Below, one piece after another: positions 48,052-56,912 of a stretch of 64,000 nucleotides of DNA; positions within the stretch are counted from its first letter, which is position 1; the number at the start of each line of letters is the position of its first letter. The notes beneath the pieces were generated by a model that did not search any database, was not told the origin of the DNA, and was given only the letters and a program-made list of their open reading frames with translations. A program made the translations under genes and the position numbers. Origin of the DNA: a virus (taxonomy: Duplodnaviria; Caudoviricetes); IMG/VR virus record IMGVR_UViG_3300035698_023197, positions 953 to 64,952 of that record; one strand, written 5' to 3'.

Positions 48052-48403
48052 TCAACATTTTCGCAAAGTGTTCCACGGACTCGTCATACGGCATATCCAC
48101 GGCTTTTGCCCAGTCTGGACCGCGCCGAGACAACTCTGCCCGAGTGTTTGCAATCTCTGCCGAACGGTCGATGGCGAGATCGTCATTGTCAAACCGGAAA
48201 CCGTCTGCAAGGCTCATTAGTTGTTCCAAGTTGTAGACAACCGTGCCGTCATCCCCGTACAGTGTAGGACCCATACCATCCTCCTCTGTGAAAAAAGCCT
48301 GTATGAAAGTACCACCACCTCTGGAACCGTTGCGCCGAGCGAGGGGTGCCCCTTGCCAGTCTGGGTTGTCAAAAAACTCAGTGCTTTCATTTACGTTTTT
48401 CAT
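48041..48403 (-). CDS. Hypothetical protein (MKNVNES)
   Basis: TAGCTAT and AGGAG upstream. Confidence 0.65.
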   Translation of the reverse strand: MKNVNESTEFFDNPDWQGAPLARRNGSRGGGTFIQAFFTEEDGMGPTLYGDDGTVVYNLEQLMSLADGFRFDNDDLAIDRSAEIANTRAELSRRGPDWAKAVDMPYDESVEHFAKMLNAD

Positions 48404-48429
48404 CTCCTATAGCTACTTTCTTTAGAAGG

Positions 48430-49059
48430 ATGAGCATCAAGATTGCCTACATAGACACCGAAACTAGTGGCACTGACCCCAACATCCATGGTATCACGCA
48501 GATCAGCGGAGAAATCGTCGTAGACGGAGTGATCAAGGAGGATTTCGACCTGCGACCACATCTCTTTCACGGTGACAAGGTGGAGCAAGAGGCTATGGAT
48601 GTGACGGGTATGACGGAAGTTGCTATCAGGCAAAGGCCGATGACTCCTGTTGACGCGCATGACGCGATGGTGGAAGTCTTGAAACGGCACGTCAATCCAT
48701 TCGACAAGAAAGACAAGTTCGTCTTTGTGGCATACAACGCGAAGTTCGATTGGGATTTTTTGCAATCGTTCTTCACGAAATGCGAAGACGAGTATTTTGG
48801 ATCGTGGTTCTGGTGGCCCCCAGTATGCGTCGCTGTGCTTACCATGAACAAACTGTTTCCATGGCAACGAGCAGGTCTAACAGATATGAAGTTGGCGACG
48901 CTGGCAGATGCTTTGGGGCTCGAGGTCGACCCGGAGAAGCTTCACGAGGCCGGATACGACCGGTACTTGACCCGTCTCTTGCACGAGTTGGTTGGCCACA
49001 AGGTGCCTAAAGCGATCTTAGACGTGGTCGAGCCAGCAGCGGGAACAAAACTGCTCTGA
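48430..49059 (+). CDS. DEDDh 3'-5' exonuclease (DnaQ-like)
   Basis: IDTETSG, VAYNAKFD, HEAGYD; start reassigned to ATG 48430. Confidence 0.9.
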   Translation: MSIKIAYIDTETSGTDPNIHGITQISGEIVVDGVIKEDFDLRPHLFHGDKVEQEAMDVTGMTEVAIRQRPMTPVDAHDAMVEVLKRHVNPFDKKDKFVFVAYNAKFDWDFLQSFFTKCEDEYFGSWFWWPPVCVAVLTMNKLFPWQRAGLTDMKLATLADALGLEVDPEKLHEAGYDRYLTRLLHELVGHKVPKAILDVVEPAAGTKLL

Positions 49060-49449
49060 CCCCGCGTGAGATACGACTTCTCCGGTCAACGTGCAGTCGT
49101 CGCACCGTCCGAGAGGTTGATCGGGGTTGACTCCAGCCCACCAGTCGTTGATGCGGTCCGGGGCACGCCTCATGATCTCCCTTTCGGCAGCTTCGGTGTC
49201 GGGTCCCCGGTTGGTGGTCGGCGTGACCTCCACAGGATTACCCTCTTTGTCGGTGGCCTTCAGCAGGGAAAGGGAAATCCAGCCGCGAGCTTCGCCGTGT
49301 TCGCTATCCTGGGCGTATCCTTCAGCACGGCCTTTGAACACCATCGTGATCTTATAGAGCGTACCAGACTTCGTCGACCGAGCGTATCCGTACGGGAAAA
49401 GTTCGGAGACCGGAGATTCGACCAGCAAGAGGAAATGGTTAAGATTCAT
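49018..49449 (-). CDS. Hypothetical protein (MNLNHFLLLVES) with C-terminal CxxC pairs
   Basis: TACGTAT upstream; CDDC and CSRC. Confidence 0.65.
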   Translation of the reverse strand: MNLNHFLLLVESPVSELFPYGYARSTKSGTLYKITMVFKGRAEGYAQDSEHGEARGWISLSLLKATDKEGNPVEVTPTTNRGPDTEAAEREIMRRAPDRINDWWAGVNPDQPLGRCDDCTLTGEVVSHAGSEQFCSRCWLDHV

Positions 49450-49464
49450 TCTTCGATACGTAGG

Positions 49465-49716
49465 CTACTGGTTCATGCAGCACTTTTTGAACTTCTTGCC
49501 CGACTTGCATGGGCAGGGACTGTTCCGGCCAGCTTCTGACTTCGATGATCCGCTCATCAATGCGTTTTGGATGTAGATACCATCCGGGGAGAGCCAGTTC
49601 TTCAGGAACCTGTTTGGTTTCCGGATCTTGGACAGTGGCCTTTCGGCGCTAAACCAGACCAACAACTCCCCGAGTTCCGGGTCTTCGACTTCAAACGGTA
49701 TCGGTGCGTCGGGCAT
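49465..49716 (-). CDS. SEC-C motif protein
   Basis: GRNSPCPCKSGKKFKKCC; start uncertain. Confidence 0.75.
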   Translation of the reverse strand: MPDAPIPFEVEDPELGELLVWFSAERPLSKIRKPNRFLKNWLSPDGIYIQNALMSGSSKSEAGRNSPCPCKSGKKFKKCCMNQ

Positions 49717-49798
49717 TTCGTGGGTGGGGTAGGTCGATGTTGTCGTCAAGGTGTGGAGTGCTCACGATGGTGAACCGTACTGCGGGGGTGACGGAATC

Positions 49799-50227
49799 TC
49801 ATACTCTGGTAAGGTGCTTCGGAATCGATGCCATAAGAGCATCAAATTGAGCGTGCTCGGTACGGATTCGGTCAACTTCGGGGAAGTCAGCGGGAAAGTT
49901 GTCCGGGTTGGACCATGTATTCACCCATTTCTTCTCTGGGGAGACTTTGATTTCTTCTTGCCCGTCGTAGCAGTAAGAGGGTTTGCCCAAAGTCTTGGCC
50001 ATCCAGATGCAAAAAGTATGCGCTGGATCGTAGCTCCCATAATCGCAGCCAGCGTAGGTACCATCAACGTCGTTACAATCTGTATAAGACAACTCTTCCA
50101 TGCGCGGATTGACACTATATTGCCACGGATCACCCGGAGTAACGGGGTCCTTTTCCAAGGCCTCCAAGAATCGAGCCACCACCGGGCGCTCGCTCGTTGT
50201 CAGGCGGACGTAGACGCTATACCCCAC
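49799..50227 (-). CDS. Hypothetical protein
   Basis: Start reassigned to GTG 50227 (MGYSVYV). Confidence 0.6.
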   Translation of the reverse strand: MGYSVYVRLTTSERPVVARFLEALEKDPVTPGDPWQYSVNPRMEELSYTDCNDVDGTYAGCDYGSYDPAHTFCIWMAKTLGKPSYCYDGQEEIKVSPEKKWVNTWSNPDNFPADFPEVDRIRTEHAQFDALMASIPKHLTRV

Positions 50228-50462
50228 AACATGCCCTTTCGTGCGAGTCTTCAATTTCACGGGCAATCTCAAACGCGGCTTGAGACTCTTCGGATGCCGG
50301 GGCGATCCTTCCGATGACGTTTTGCGGGGCTCTCTTGAGGGGTCTGTTGGAGGCCTTGGCCTCAAATTCGGCGGCGAATGCCGCGTCGTCCATCAGGTCG
50401 CTCGTGTCTTGGTGGGTCGGGAAAGCTTCCCGCATGTCTTGTTTGGTTGCTGCTGCTATCAT
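50217..50462 (-). CDS. Small early hypothetical protein
   Basis: ATG 6 nt after a -10 box. Confidence 0.65.
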   Translation of the reverse strand: MIAAATKQDMREAFPTHQDTSDLMDDAAFAAEFEAKASNRPLKRAPQNVIGRIAPASEESQAAFEIAREIEDSHERACCGV

Positions 50463-50468
50463 AATAAT

Positions 50469-50497
50469 AGTATAACACAGACTTGAGGGTTTGTCAA
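50469..50497 (-). promoter_or_regulatory. Sigma70-type early promoter, leaderless
   Basis: TTGACA-17 nt (ending CAAGTCTGTGT)-TATACT. Confidence 0.85.
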
Positions 50498-50503
50498 GTC
50501 CTC

Positions 50504-53260
50504 TTATGACAACAATTTGAAAAACGACTCGACAGTTGTCATAGGCTTGATAGGCTTGAAAACATGTTTCTTACCGAGCGCACTATCAGGGATCTCATCC
50601 ACGCTGGCGACAACCGGGCCACCAAGAAATTTGGCGGCGTAATCTGCCCACACAGCTTGTTGGCGGCTGTTACCCTCGTTGGCAAGCTCTTCTTTGGCAA
50701 AAGCTTCTATACCTGAGGGTAATCTTTTGGTAAGATTCGGAAGGATGTCAACGAGGCGGTCGTCTAGCTCGTCATCCGAAAACATGAAAGCATCTCGCTC
50801 CTCTTCTGTGAACGTCTTGCACAAAGCATTCTTGAAAGCCGCGAAAATGGAGCGCATTCTGGTTATTCTATCGCGTATCTCCGGTACCTTGCCACAATCA
50901 TCAGCAGTGGGACCCTCATTTCTTAAGACTATGAGCATTCTCTTGGCCACATCCTCGATCTCTTCACGTCCTGACTCATCGGCTTCAAGGTATGCACGCA
51001 TGAAGGGGATTGTCGCCCCGAATCCAACTATTTTTGCAGAACCTGTGGCCTTTTCCAGTATACCTCGCACTGCGGCGGCGGCTTGCCACGCGGTCATTCT
51101 AGATGGACTATCCACATCCTCACTATCTTCGTCAGACACTTCGTCTTCATCTTCGTAGGAAAACTCGTTCAGCCCCTTCATCACCTGTGCAGCCCAATCT
51201 TCAGGGACGTCTTCGTATACGTTTTCATATACAACAAACAAGCGATCCAAGGGAACACGGACTCCTGTGAAATCGGGATCAGTCGATGCATTTACGTACT
51301 TGTAATCGTCTCGAATCAGGTACATGGCGACGAGAGACTCCTCATTTTGTACCGGAATCAGTCCCTCAGAAGCAGCTTTGTGCATATCTGAGGATACTAT
51401 AGCGTCCTCCTCGTAGTAAGCTAGATACTTTTCCGCTAACGCTCGCGCCATCGGAAAATTGGCAAACTTCGCCATACCACGCAATAAGGGCTCAGAGTAA
51501 CTTGGTAAATCAGCTGCAGTAATCCCGGGAAGGTGACTACCGCCTTGCAGCCGTATATCTGGTTCGCCGTTCTTGAAAAGGACGCTGATACCAACCGTGG
51601 CTTTCGCGCCTTTTCTTTTGTTGGCTGGATCGCCTTTGTATACCAACACGTAATCCGCCACGTGCACCCCTTGCATGCCGCAATATTCTGAACTCCGAGA
51701 GAATAATCCTGCACTGCGGGCTTTTTTGTGCTGAGATTTCGCGATTTTCGACCACGCATTGTGTCGGGGATTAATAGTCCAGCGGTCGCCATTATACTTG
51801 TGCTGGATCTCTTCAGCGTAATCATACTCTGGCGAGGGGGACTCGTCGTCGCCCCCGTGCCATGGGGCCGGAATACTTTTAAGAAAGTCCATGTCGACCT
51901 CCAGTTGTGCGGGATCTAATTCGGGCTTGAAAGCGGACATCTCATAAACTCGCCATTCGTTGTCTTGCCATAGTATGGTTGGAGATGTATTTGAACTACC
52001 CAGCTGACTGAATCTAGTTGCGATTTTAGTTGTTTGGTGATAGTCTTTACTTACTGCAAATTCGGCGTCCTTTGCGGCCATCAGAGCAACCTGGTTTTTC
52101 TCCCAATCATCAGTGTCGAAGATAATTTGGGCCAGGGCAGCAGACGCTGGTTTATATTCTCCGAGCGCCTCACGCGTGTGGCTGTTCAGTATCTTGTCAG
52201 ATTTTCCTTTACCACCTTTACCCCATTTGTCAATAGTCTCGTCGCGAACGGCTACAGCTTCCATTTCGGGCCAAAATTTGATAATACCAGCGGCCTGTGC
52301 TTGTCTCGCCCATTCCATCGCGTACGACCCACCACCCACCAAAATTCGGTGACCGACTTGGGGTGGTAAGTTTTCTTTTTTCGCTAGGCAATACTTGACA
52401 GCCTCCTCGTTGTCTGTCATCCACCATTCTTTATCGATGCGGTTGAACATCACCTTCGGACTTCTATATACCGTTGCGAAGTATTTGTCGCGCTTCGGTG
52501 AAGTGAACATCGCCTTCGTGTTTTCTAGTTTTCTCGGTAGTTTCTCTTTCAAGATGATCGACCGATCAATGGCAATAGCAAAGTGTCGGTATGCAACAGC
52601 AGGGTCCATCACTGACGATAACGCAGTCAAAAGCACGTTTCTCGGAGTGCCCCCAATGGGTGTATCTGAGGGGTTGCGGATTTCGATGCGGCCATTGTCA
52701 ATGTGCGCCAAAGCTACTCTTTCACCGCCTTGCATGAACATGTACAATGGTCCACCTGAAAGATAGCCACGAGAATAGTGGGGGTCCTTCACACACCAGT
52801 TAGTGCCCTTGCAAGCTGCCGTCGCCGCTTGCGTCGTTGTGATTTCGAAGATCTGTTGGTCGTCAGTGGACAGGATCTTTTTGATGCCCGATGACGTAAG
52901 GTCTTTTTCGATTTCCTTCCTGGACCGAAAATCAGCAGCAAGAGTCTCCACAGCACGCCACAACGCAGGGAAAGTCTTGAATGCGGCGATGCTACGCTCG
53001 ATATTAGCGTCACCCGTAACAAGTCGCTGGTAATCGGTGAGTGTTTCCTTCGACTTCGGCCCATCCTCTGGGAGTCGCAGGTGGCCTTTCTTGACCTGAC
53101 CGACAAGCCACTGCGCGTACGCACCGTTGGGGGTCGGATCTGTCTGATCTATGACGTCGATAACCTTCTCGACAGTCCAATCGAGTTGCTTCGCCAGCAC
53201 TTCGGCTTTTTTCTGGGAGATGCCCTCCGAGAGCATTCCTGTGAATGTGTCTGTATCCAT
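50504..53260 (-). CDS. Large hypothetical protein, putative internal head/ejected protein
   Basis: DPTP...Y..WL, GT.WC, Y...GPLY motifs of the kind seen in large-phage proteins; MDTDTFTGMLSE N-terminus. Confidence 0.7.
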   Translation of the reverse strand: MDTDTFTGMLSEGISQKKAEVLAKQLDWTVEKVIDVIDQTDPTPNGAYAQWLVGQVKKGHLRLPEDGPKSKETLTDYQRLVTGDANIERSIAAFKTFPALWRAVETLAADFRSRKEIEKDLTSSGIKKILSTDDQQIFEITTTQAATAACKGTNWCVKDPHYSRGYLSGGPLYMFMQGGERVALAHIDNGRIEIRNPSDTPIGGTPRNVLLTALSSVMDPAVAYRHFAIAIDRSIILKEKLPRKLENTKAMFTSPKRDKYFATVYRSPKVMFNRIDKEWWMTDNEEAVKYCLAKKENLPPQVGHRILVGGGSYAMEWARQAQAAGIIKFWPEMEAVAVRDETIDKWGKGGKGKSDKILNSHTREALGEYKPASAALAQIIFDTDDWEKNQVALMAAKDAEFAVSKDYHQTTKIATRFSQLGSSNTSPTILWQDNEWRVYEMSAFKPELDPAQLEVDMDFLKSIPAPWHGGDDESPSPEYDYAEEIQHKYNGDRWTINPRHNAWSKIAKSQHKKARSAGLFSRSSEYCGMQGVHVADYVLVYKGDPANKRKGAKATVGISVLFKNGEPDIRLQGGSHLPGITAADLPSYSEPLLRGMAKFANFPMARALAEKYLAYYEEDAIVSSDMHKAASEGLIPVQNEESLVAMYLIRDDYKYVNASTDPDFTGVRVPLDRLFVVYENVYEDVPEDWAAQVMKGLNEFSYEDEDEVSDEDSEDVDSPSRMTAWQAAAAVRGILEKATGSAKIVGFGATIPFMRAYLEADESGREEIEDVAKRMLIVLRNEGPTADDCGKVPEIRDRITRMRSIFAAFKNALCKTFTEEERDAFMFSDDELDDRLVDILPNLTKRLPSGIEAFAKEELANEGNSRQQAVWADYAAKFLGGPVVASVDEIPDSALGKKHVFKPIKPMTTVESFFKLLS

Positions 53261-54102
53261 TAGTTCAGTGTTGAGTCAAAGAGTGCAACCGCACTTGCAG
53301 CGCGGATCATTGGGATGAAGGTTTCGTCGTAGCTCGGAAGCTCGTTGGTACTGGCCTTGATGATGCGGGCCACCTGGGGTGAGACCACTGGCAAGAAGTC
53401 TGCGGCGGACTTCATCGCGGCACGGCGGTCGAGGTCGGATTTGGTGACTTCCATCTTCTCAAGCTTTTCTCCGAGTGTTGCCGAATTGTGCTCAAGGTCG
53501 TAAAACTTGTCGATGGCACCGAGTAATGGAACGAGATTACCTGCGTCGAGCTTCCTCTGTAGTTCCCTCGCGGCGTAGCATATGGTAGACCATGGTTGGC
53601 CCCCAAATCGTTGCCCCAATGACTCTCCGGCTTCGTCGGCGTATCCTGTGGTCTGCCACATCGGGTCTTCGAAGAGGTCGCCGAGTTCTTCCCAACTCGT
53701 AAGTTCCTCAGCAGCGTCCCCGCGAGCCCGAACACCATCAGCGCTCCAATCGTGGGCATTTTGGAGCAAAACTTGCCCGAGTTTCATCCGGGACTGAGAT
53801 TGTTTGAACCACTTCCACGCTTCCACGTCAGGAATGACAAAGTGTTCGACTGAGTGGGTTGCCTCCGCGATCCCAGCATCCCACGTATCACTGAGAAGCC
53901 CAGCCGCCACTTCCTTGGCTGATTCTTCTAGCATCCAGTCGATGCGCTGGGACCGTCCATGGGAGGAGATCTGGTCGATTCGATAACCGTAGGTCTCCCG
54001 ACCAGAACCAAGGTCCCACCACAGCGCGTACAGCGCGTAAAAGTCCATCATGGCCGTTGCCCCGTCGGCTGGAAGGGTGTAGGTAGCTTCTCTTAAGTCC
54101 AT
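53260..54102 (-). CDS. Hypothetical protein (MDLREA), paralog of 13482..14219
   Basis: DFYAL..L, FGG.PW..I, ID..YDLEHN. Confidence 0.7.
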   Translation of the reverse strand: MDLREATYTLPADGATAMMDFYALYALWWDLGSGRETYGYRIDQISSHGRSQRIDWMLEESAKEVAAGLLSDTWDAGIAEATHSVEHFVIPDVEAWKWFKQSQSRMKLGQVLLQNAHDWSADGVRARGDAAEELTSWEELGDLFEDPMWQTTGYADEAGESLGQRFGGQPWSTICYAARELQRKLDAGNLVPLLGAIDKFYDLEHNSATLGEKLEKMEVTKSDLDRRAAMKSAADFLPVVSPQVARIIKASTNELPSYDETFIPMIRAASAVALFDSTLN

Positions 54103-54929
54103 TTTGTATAATTAGCTGATGACTGGGGTGTACGCCAGAATTCCAGACCTGGGTCGGACCACTTTTTGGCGAGGGCTGTTCCCAGTACGCTGCTTGCGTC
54201 GGTAGGGACACGTTCGACAACCCGCCGAATGGTGTGGAGGTCAACAGAACCGTGGACGGAATCATCCTCATGGGTGTACTGCTCCACATTAGTCCAGTCC
54301 CAGTCGATTTTTTTCTCGATGTCTAGGAACTTGTAGACCTTCTTCATGGTGTTTGTTGGGAACTTCGTCAATGCATCGAAATCGACGAAGTGGAGCCTAT
54401 TCCCATACCTCTTGTGCATGGCGTCTTTGAGCCTATTATATGCTAGACCGAAAGGGCTTTCTAGTCGCATCCAGTCGTCGATACGACCTTCGATTGTCTG
54501 GCCCTTCATGTAGTCGCCGTTATGCTCTCCGATGGCGACTTGCCTACGGTGGATCTTCTCGAAACTAGAGAAGATCTGGGCGATACAACGAACGGGGACT
54601 AGGATTTTGGCCTGATGCCCCAGAGCGAACTCCAGCATTTCCAGCAAGGAAATCCACCCACGACCTTTGTCGATGATGATATGGCGGTCAGTGTCATGGT
54701 AGTCATGCAAGATTCCCCAAAGCACCCGCTGCAGGTTCTTGGGATCAGCCAGAGACTTGGCGGCTTTGTGTTCCGTCAGCTTTGCCCAGTGGTTCTTGAC
54801 GCCAAACATGACGTCGTGACACCCACTGGTTGGCGTGGTGTGGATGTTGGGATCTTGCGCCAGCATGTTGGCCAGCAAAGTGGAGCCCGAACGCGGCAAG
54901 CCGCAGATGAAGTAGATTTGTTTTGGCAT
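54093..54929 (-). CDS. Sulfotransferase-family protein
   Basis: GLPRSGSTLL PAPS-binding loop, IDK.R.W, VR....SS, P...MK.VYKFL. Confidence 0.88.
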   Translation of the reverse strand: MPKQIYFICGLPRSGSTLLANMLAQDPNIHTTPTSGCHDVMFGVKNHWAKLTEHKAAKSLADPKNLQRVLWGILHDYHDTDRHIIIDKGRGWISLLEMLEFALGHQAKILVPVRCIAQIFSSFEKIHRRQVAIGEHNGDYMKGQTIEGRIDDWMRLESPFGLAYNRLKDAMHKRYGNRLHFVDFDALTKFPTNTMKKVYKFLDIEKKIDWDWTNVEQYTHEDDSVHGSVDLHTIRRVVERVPTDASSVLGTALAKKWSDPGLEFWRTPQSSANYTKWT

Positions 54930-55306
54930 TACCGTTTGAGTGCACGTTGGCGGCGGACTTCTCCGAGTGAGACGTTGCGGCGGGAGGCTTCAGCCTTCAC
55001 CGTTTCGCTCTGGTGGGTGGAACTGAGAGGAGCGATGCGAGGTTGTGTCTCCGTCCATCCCGTGTGATATTTCTTGTAAGCAGGGCAGATTACTCCACGG
55101 TGGTCGAGGAGAGCGGGACAGCCGTTGCAAGCATTTTGGGCGGATGCAGCCATGACAGCGTTGAACGTCTCACCATGCGCTTCATACGCTTCGGAGAGTT
55201 CCTTCAGATTATCGGCCCGGGTTTGGATGCACCCGGCAGTGTGGAGTTCTTGGAAAGTGCCTCTGAGTTTTCCGTTTAAGTTAGGCTGTGGAGATGTGTC
55301 TTTCAT
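54929..55306 (-). CDS. Hypothetical protein
   Basis: Coupled ORF with Cys motifs. Confidence 0.6.
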   Translation of the reverse strand: MKDTSPQPNLNGKLRGTFQELHTAGCIQTRADNLKELSEAYEAHGETFNAVMAASAQNACNGCPALLDHRGVICPAYKKYHTGWTETQPRIAPLSSTHQSETVKAEASRRNVSLGEVRRQRALKR

Positions 55307-55515
55307 ATTTTTGTGTCAGTTGCGGTTGAAAACAACCATTTTCCTGTGTTACAAAATTCGATAAGCAAGGGATCGTTATTATCGACTTCGGTGGGGTTCA
55401 TGGCGGGGCTGCAAACGCAACCATCCATTCTCGTGACGACGCCGTCAGACACTCGGAGCTTTCCGAGCATCGTGCAGTTGACGCCATCCCATTTTACAAT
55501 CTTTTCGTTTTCCAT
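55303..55515 (-). CDS. Small early hypothetical protein
   Basis: ATG 5 nt after a -10 box. Confidence 0.65.
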   Translation of the reverse strand: MENEKIVKWDGVNCTMLGKLRVSDGVVTRMDGCVCSPAMNPTEVDNNDPLLIEFCNTGKWLFSTATDTKI

Positions 55516-55520
55516 ACCCT

Positions 55521-55549
55521 ATTATAACACAGACTTGGGCACCTGTCAA
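55521..55549 (-). promoter_or_regulatory. Sigma70-type early promoter, leaderless
   Basis: TTGACA-17 nt (ending CAAGTCTGTGT)-TATAAT. Confidence 0.88.
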
Positions 55550-55555
55550 GTATAC

Positions 55556-55587
55556 AAAAAAGGGCGCACTCGCCCGAGTGCGCCCTT
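55556..55587 (-). terminator. Intrinsic terminator
   Basis: Minus strand GGGCGCACTC-GGGC-GAGTGCGCCC-TTTTTT, after the OMP gene. Confidence 0.88.
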
Positions 55588-55609
55588 CGTCTTTGTTGAT
55601 TGACGGAAA

Positions 55610-56173
55610 CTAGAACGTCAATCGGACACCAGCACGGAAAGAGTGGGAGTCATTGTTGGCGTCCGTGTCGAGCCAAGTATAACGATAATCTGCGAAGAGA
55701 CCGAGCAGGGATGTCATCCGCCAGTCAATACCAACACCAGCGTGCGGGCCGAAATCGTCGGTATTGAAGTCGTCAACGTCTGCGAAGGTACCACCGTAAC
55801 CCGCGAAGGCGTACGGAGCGATTCTTGCGCTTTCAATGGGGTACCGGAGGATGACAAAGGCGGAAGCCGTGTAGACGTCGTCTCCGTCGCCTTCTTCGGT
55901 GTAGTATCCGCCATCAACCCCAACACCAAAGTTGTTCGTGAAAAACTTCGTGAAGCCGATTCCTCCGCCATACGCTGCCGGGGCTCCGCTCTTGGAACCG
56001 CGAAGGTAGCCAGCAAAGCCGTCGATTTGAAATTCTCCAGCGAGGAAAACAGGGTCAGAGACGACACCGACGGGCTGCGTTACGTCAGCCCCAGTGATGG
56101 AAGAATCTCCTGCAGAAGCAGGGAGAACGGCGGCGAGAAGCAGCAAAGCTGCCAGGTGTAGTGGTGATTTCAT
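55610..56173 (-). CDS. Outer-membrane beta-barrel protein (8-stranded, OmpA/Ail-like)
   Basis: Signal peptide ending ASA-G, amphipathic strands, PY...G.G, C-terminal GVRLTF BAM signal; AGGAG SD before ATG 56173. Confidence 0.88.
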   Translation of the reverse strand: MKSPLHLAALLLLAAVLPASAGDSSITGADVTQPVGVVSDPVFLAGEFQIDGFAGYLRGSKSGAPAAYGGGIGFTKFFTNNFGVGVDGGYYTEEGDGDDVYTASAFVILRYPIESARIAPYAFAGYGGTFADVDDFNTDDFGPHAGVGIDWRMTSLLGLFADYRYTWLDTDANNDSHSFRAGVRLTF

Positions 56174-56209
56174 AACTCCTATAGAAAGTTGCAAAATAGG
56201 TGAGGAAAT

Positions 56210-56659
56210 CTAAAAGTCTCCGTCAGCCACCTGGACGCAGGTATACCCCAACTCTCGCCACTTGGCTGTCATAGAGTTCCGATCTTCGAAGATAAGATCG
56301 GGGATTACGTCGGATTTGGCCAATAGGTCAGGCTTCATGACGATATCGTGACGGCGGTCTCCATCACCTCTCATGAACAAGACAGTGTCAACGTAGTGAT
56401 CGTCCATGCCCAAATGCAAAGTGAGCCAGGCTACAGTTTTTTCACGCACTGACTCTCTGCGACCAGTGAGAAAGAGGATGTTGGACGTGAGGCCCATTTG
56501 CTTGCAGACATTCACAATTGGGGTGTTCGGCGTATCCTCGTCGCAACGGTCGTAAAACTCATCCCAATCGGGGGGTGTGCGCGATAAGCAGTCTACTCTA
56601 TTGCTCACCTTAGTGAGGGTTCCGTCGATATCAAAGACGATGTTCATTGATTTTGGCAT
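56210..56659 (-). CDS. HAD-family phosphatase (PNKP phosphatase domain-like)
   Basis: FDIDGTL, LTGR.E..R..T..WL, MR..GD.R.D...K, EDR, QVA.GDF. Confidence 0.88.
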   Translation of the reverse strand: MPKSMNIVFDIDGTLTKVSNRVDCLSRTPPDWDEFYDRCDEDTPNTPIVNVCKQMGLTSNILFLTGRRESVREKTVAWLTLHLGMDDHYVDTVLFMRGDGDRRHDIVMKPDLLAKSDVIPDLIFEDRNSMTAKWRELGYTCVQVADGDF

Positions 56660-56660
56660 A

Positions 56661-56912
56661 CTAGGTTCTGAGGGTATGTTTCATTATGATGACTTCCCGG
56701 TCTATTTCCTTTTGCAACTCGATAGCCTTTTGTTTGGGTATATCGAAAATCAACGGGAGATCTTCCGTGGCTTTCGCTAAGTCCGCGAGAATCTGCGTGG
56801 CGTCTGACCCCTTCCAGGACGGAAGGCACACCGGAGGCGCAGGGAGAGGCAAAGGAGATACCAAGGCGGCGGCAGCGCCGAGTGTGGTATGAAAGAAGCT
56901 GCGCCGTTTCAT
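56661..56912 (-). CDS. Small protein with twin-arginine-like signal
   Basis: MKRRSFF....GAAAALV; contains LQKEIDREVI. Confidence 0.6.
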   Translation of the reverse strand: MKRRSFFHTTLGAAAALVSPLPLPAPPVCLPSWKGSDATQILADLAKATEDLPLIFDIPKQKAIELQKEIDREVIIMKHTLRT

